NCBI GenBank assembly: GCA_965223855.1 | Contig: CBDCXM010000009.1 | Location: 1,920,001-1,984,000 of the forward strand | From: Candidatus Multivoradales bacterium | GTDB lineage: Bacteria > Acidobacteriota > Thermoanaerobaculia > Multivoradales > JAHEKO01 | Reading direction: 5' to 3' | Length of the DNA stretch: 64,000 nucleotides | The notes under the pieces: generated by a model | Databases searched by the model: none | Told to the model about the DNA's origin: nothing | Seen by the model: the letters and a program-made list of their open reading frames with translations, nothing else | Position numbers and translations under genes: made by a program | Shown here: one piece after another, positions 58,275-64,000 of the stretch | How the letters are laid out: each line of letters begins with the position of its first letter | Numbering within the stretch: position 1 is the stretch's first letter

Positions 58275-58742
58275 CCCCTGGCCGGGTGCCAGGTGAATGT
58301 TCAGTGGGTGAGGGTCCCGCAGCGACTGGCCCCCTGGCCGGGTGCCAGGTGAATGTTCGGTGGTCCCCCCCTGGCCGGGTGCCAGGTGAATGTTCGGTGG
58401 TCCCCCTGGGCCGGGTGCCAGGTGAATGTTCGGTGGTCCGGATGGATCACGTCCGAGGTTCGACGCCACGACTTCGGTAGCTTGCTCCTCAGCTCTTCCA
58501 GCCAGGGCAAGAAGGCGCCCTTTCGCGATGGCGCCACGAATCGACTGCCTCACCTGAGAGCCGTTTCTCGGCATCTCTCAGGCCTCGCCTCGCAGGGCCC
58601 TGGAGCAGGTGCCAGGTGAATGTCGGTGCCAGGTGAATGTCGGTACCAGAGCAGGTGCCAGGCGAATGTTCGCCCCCTAAGACAGGTGCCAGGTGAATGT
58701 TCGCTGGTTCGAGGGACCCGGAACCAGGTGCCAGGTACATGT
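58275..58742. repeat. Direct-repeat cluster, 9 copies of GGTGCCAGGTGAATGT in two blocks
   Basis: Cores at 58285, 58341, 58378, 58414, 58608, 58625, 58654, 58685, 58727, all in the same orientation. Confidence 0.92.
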
Positions 58743-58791
58743 CGGCGGCACGAGTAGACGAGAATCTTAGCGTCTTGCACTAAGGATAGGG

Positions 58792-58820
58792 TTGACAACG
58801 GCCCTCTCAGGTCATAATCT
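58792..58820 (+). promoter_or_regulatory. Sigma-70-type groESL promoter
   Basis: TTGACA (58792-58797), 17 bp spacer, TAATCT (58815-58820). Confidence 0.85.
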
Positions 58821-58847
58821 TTAGCACTCGTCGGTGGAGAGTGCTGA
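58821..58847. promoter_or_regulatory. CIRCE element (HrcA operator)
   Basis: TTAGCACTC-N9-GAGTGCTGA, one mismatch to consensus, directly after the -10 box. Confidence 0.95.
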
Positions 58848-58925
58848 CACCGGCCAGTCCTAGAGTCGTAACCCACTCCAAAACAACAAGTTGGACGTAT
58901 TGAAACCAACGGGAGGAGTCTGCAC

Positions 58926-59219
58926 GTGTCTGTAAACGTTCGCCCCTTGCACGATCGGGTGCTGGTCAAGCGCCTCGAACTCGAAGAAGAGGTCCGCGGC
59001 GGGATCATCATTCCCGACACCGCGAAGGAGAAGCCGCAGGAGGCCGAGGTGATCGCCGTCGGCCCCGGAAAGTTGCAGGAAGACGGCGGCCGGCAGCCGA
59101 TGGACGTCAACGCGGGTGACCGCGTGCTCGTCGGCAAGTACTCCGGCAGCGACATCAAGATCGACGGTGACAACTACGTGATCCTGCGCGAGGACGAGAT
59201 CCTCGCCGTCGTCGGCTGA
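58926..59219 (+). CDS. groES: Co-chaperonin GroES
   Basis: [30 protein letters not shown]. Confidence 0.98.
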   Translation: MSVNVRPLHDRVLVKRLELEEEVRGGIIIPDTAKEKPQEAEVIAVGPGKLQEDGGRQPMDVNAGDRVLVGKYSGSDIKIDGDNYVILREDEILAVVG

Positions 59220-59260
59220 GCCGGCGCCGGGATCCGCTGAAACGAATTCAGGGAGGCTAG

Positions 59261-61877
<2,617 letters not shown>

Positions 61878-62046
61878 TCTTCTTGGCAAGGCCCTGACCG
61901 CCCCGGAGCAGCAGAGCGAGAGGGCGGGGGCTGGTTAACTGCAAAATTGACCCGAGTGCATACCGTGTGATGGGCTTGGAGAGGTATTTGGCGAGAACCA
62001 ACTATGTTCGGGAAGAGCGTTCCCGATGCCTGGCTTGGAGGCCAAG

Positions 62047-63393
62047 ATGAAGCTGATGCCCAGAGGTCTGTTTGTGTCCTGTTTGCTGGCCTGTCTTGCT
62101 CCTCTCGGGGTGACGGCAAGCACCTATGAGGTGATCACCTACGGCGCACTTTGCGACGGTGCCGCTGACGACACTGTTGCCATCCAGGCCGCGATCGATG
62201 CGGCGGAGGCGAGCGGGGGCAGGGTCCTCTTCCCCTCGGGTACCTGCCTCGTGGGAGGGCCTTTGACGGTGGATGGAGCCTCCGGCGTGTATCTGGAGGG
62301 CAGGGGAGCTGGAGCTTCGGTTCTCAAGAGGATGAGCGGTAGCTACAGCGGCTCGACCGTCATGCTCACGTTCTCCTACATGGACGACTCCGGAGCCAGA
62401 GGCTTGACCCTCGACGGCAACAAGTCCGGCGTGACTGGCGGGAGCCATACGAACCTCAAGCTGGTGTACGGGTCTCGCCTCAGGTTCTCGGAGCTGTCGC
62501 TCGTCGACGGTGCCGGCAACGGCTTGTTCGTCTACGGCACCGAGGACGTGGTGTTTAGTACAACCGACTTCCGCGACATCACTCAGGATGCGGTCTATCT
62601 GGGCCACTACTGGAACGACCTCAGGATCGTCGATAGCAGTTTCGTCGGTACCGGTGGGCGAGCCATCTACCACTACGCTGGAGGCGCATCCAGTCCTTCC
62701 TCCGGTCTGATCGTTGCGAGAAACACGTTCGACCAATCCGCTGGGGCGGAGGCGATGCTGGCGACCTGGAGCGGCGGCCTTACGGACGCGCTCGTGACGG
62801 CCAATGTCGTGCGAGACGGCGATCTCCGCTTCTACCGGGCGGATGGACTCACCGTATCGGCGAATCAGATCGATGGGGCAGGAATCGTCTTCTCGTACGG
62901 GTTACCGGGTCCCGTAGTGGTTTCAGGGAACACTGTCGAGAATGGCGGAGGGTACGGCCTGAGCGTGAGCGGTCTCAGCGGGGCGACATCGGATCTGTTC
63001 CAGATCTCGGTTGTCGGCAACAGATTCCTCAGCGACCACGGAGGCATGAAGTTCAGCCACGGCCAGAATCTACTCCTGTCGGGCAATGTGGTGGGTCCGA
63101 TCTCGGCTCCGGTCCCGGGTTTGGGTCAGGGGATTCTCGTCTCCGCGAACGAATCGATGACCGGCCTCCTAATCTCCGACAACACGGTGGAAGGGATGAA
63201 GTCGGGGATTGTGGTTGGCCCCTACTCGACCAAGCCTGCCAACGTGGACGGCGTCCTCATCAGCGGCAACATCATCCGATCAGGGGTCTCCGGCGCCTCC
63301 GGCGTTTCGGTGATCGAGGGCCCGAACTCTGCTGGCGGAACGACGACCAACTACAGTGTCGAGGGCAACCTCGAAGTCTTCTTCACGCCATGA
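62047..63393 (+). CDS. Secreted right-handed parallel beta-helix protein (pectate-lyase-3/GH55-like N-terminus)
   Basis: SD GGAGG; signal peptide; YGALCDGAADDTVAIQAAID, VLFPSGT; repeated (I/V)SGN(T/V)(I/V) coils. Confidence 0.85.
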   Translation: MKLMPRGLFVSCLLACLAPLGVTASTYEVITYGALCDGAADDTVAIQAAIDAAEASGGRVLFPSGTCLVGGPLTVDGASGVYLEGRGAGASVLKRMSGSYSGSTVMLTFSYMDDSGARGLTLDGNKSGVTGGSHTNLKLVYGSRLRFSELSLVDGAGNGLFVYGTEDVVFSTTDFRDITQDAVYLGHYWNDLRIVDSSFVGTGGRAIYHYAGGASSPSSGLIVARNTFDQSAGAEAMLATWSGGLTDALVTANVVRDGDLRFYRADGLTVSANQIDGAGIVFSYGLPGPVVVSGNTVENGGGYGLSVSGLSGATSDLFQISVVGNRFLSDHGGMKFSHGQNLLLSGNVVGPISAPVPGLGQGILVSANESMTGLLISDNTVEGMKSGIVVGPYSTKPANVDGVLISGNIIRSGVSGASGVSVIEGPNSAGGTTTNYSVEGNLEVFFTP

Positions 63394-64000
63394 GCCGATT
63401 GCAACGAAGGCGAGGGGGTGACCATAGGCCGTTCCGGGCGGCGAGCTGCACCGCCATTCTCGGAACGGGCCTGCTCCTCGCCTTTGCCTGGCCCCTCTCC
63501 CGAAGTCACGCCAGCAACGCTCCGGAGGGCTTGCCTGAGGCCGGCTTCGTTCGCGTCTGGACGGCCACGCAGGGCCAGGGCGTCTTCGGGCAGCTCCTCG
63601 ACGGTCGGGTCGTTCGCTTCGACGGCCAGTCGTGGGAGGGGCTCTTCGATGAACGCCCCCACGAGATCGTGCATTACGTTCCCGGTGTCGATGGCGCGGG
63701 AAGCCATCTCGCCGCAACTGAGAGGGCACTCCTGCGCTCGGACGGCGGCGGGGCTTCCTGGAAGACGGCTTCCATCGCCTCAGGACCTCGATGTGCTCGA
63801 GTGGCCGGAATCGTGGTCGATCCTGGCGCCAAGGATCACATCTTCGCTGCCAGCGACTCACGAGTCGGCTGCGCATCCGGGCTCTGGGAGACCGTCGATG
63901 GGGGTGCGACCTGGGAGTGGATCCCGACGGCCCAAGAGGGGGGCGCCGGACTCTGGCCTCTCGTTGCCGATCCCTGGAGGGGCGGATGGCTCTACAGTGC
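63390..64000 (+). CDS. BNR/Asp-box repeat beta-propeller protein (truncated by the window end; not in the ORF track)
   Basis: ATGA overlap with the previous gene; manual translation gives signal-like TAILGTGLLLAFAW and Asp-boxes RSDGGGASW and ETVDGGATW; open to 64000. Confidence 0.75.
   Translation, partial: MSRLQRRRGGDHRPFRAASCTAILGTGLLLAFAWPLSRSHASNAPEGLPEAGFVRVWTATQGQGVFGQLLDGRVVRFDGQSWEGLFDERPHEIVHYVPGVDGAGSHLAATERALLRSDGGGASWKTASIASGPRCARVAGIVVDPGAKDHIFAASDSRVGCASGLWETVDGGATWEWIPTAQEGGAGLWPLVADPWRGGWLYS

Noticed and set aside
58275-58742. CRISPR array
   Set aside because: Irregular spacing, spacers 1-40 bp and partly identical, non-palindromic 16-bp core, and no cas genes in the window.

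Overview
GC-rich bacterial chromosomal segment. The C-terminal 'VFADGFESGDTSAWS' motif, RNase Y together with outer-membrane genes, and the CIRCE-controlled groESL suggest Acidobacteriota/Thermoanaerobaculia, but this is an inference. Contents in order: an HZS-alpha-like diheme beta-propeller protein; a 280-bp MITE; haloalkane dehalogenase; fabH; zapA-6S RNA-rny-ymdB; a large mosaic of surface-glycan genes (rfbF, rfbACDB, GT-C protein, sulfatase-like lipoprotein, Wzx, NDP-sugar C-methyltransferase, O-antigen ligase); exported msrB/msrA; ispA-tlyA-nadK-tamB-Omp85; a sulfated-polysaccharide operon (sat-cysC, flippase, sulfotransferase, GTs, WbaP-like); groES-groEL; and two secreted-protein genes with atypical codon usage. 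The most unusual signal is a 179-bp-period tandem array directly after groEL. Each unit re-creates the last 8 codons, stop codon and terminator of groEL, with almost only synonymous differences, followed by a covarying three-hairpin module. It looks like a record of repeated site-specific insertions of a tiny non-autonomous element at the groEL 3' end. A second, unrelated array (9 x GGTGCCAGGTGAATGT) lies just upstream of the groESL promoter. Three single-base frameshifts are probably assembly errors. All product calls come from motif recognition by eye; no database searches were run.
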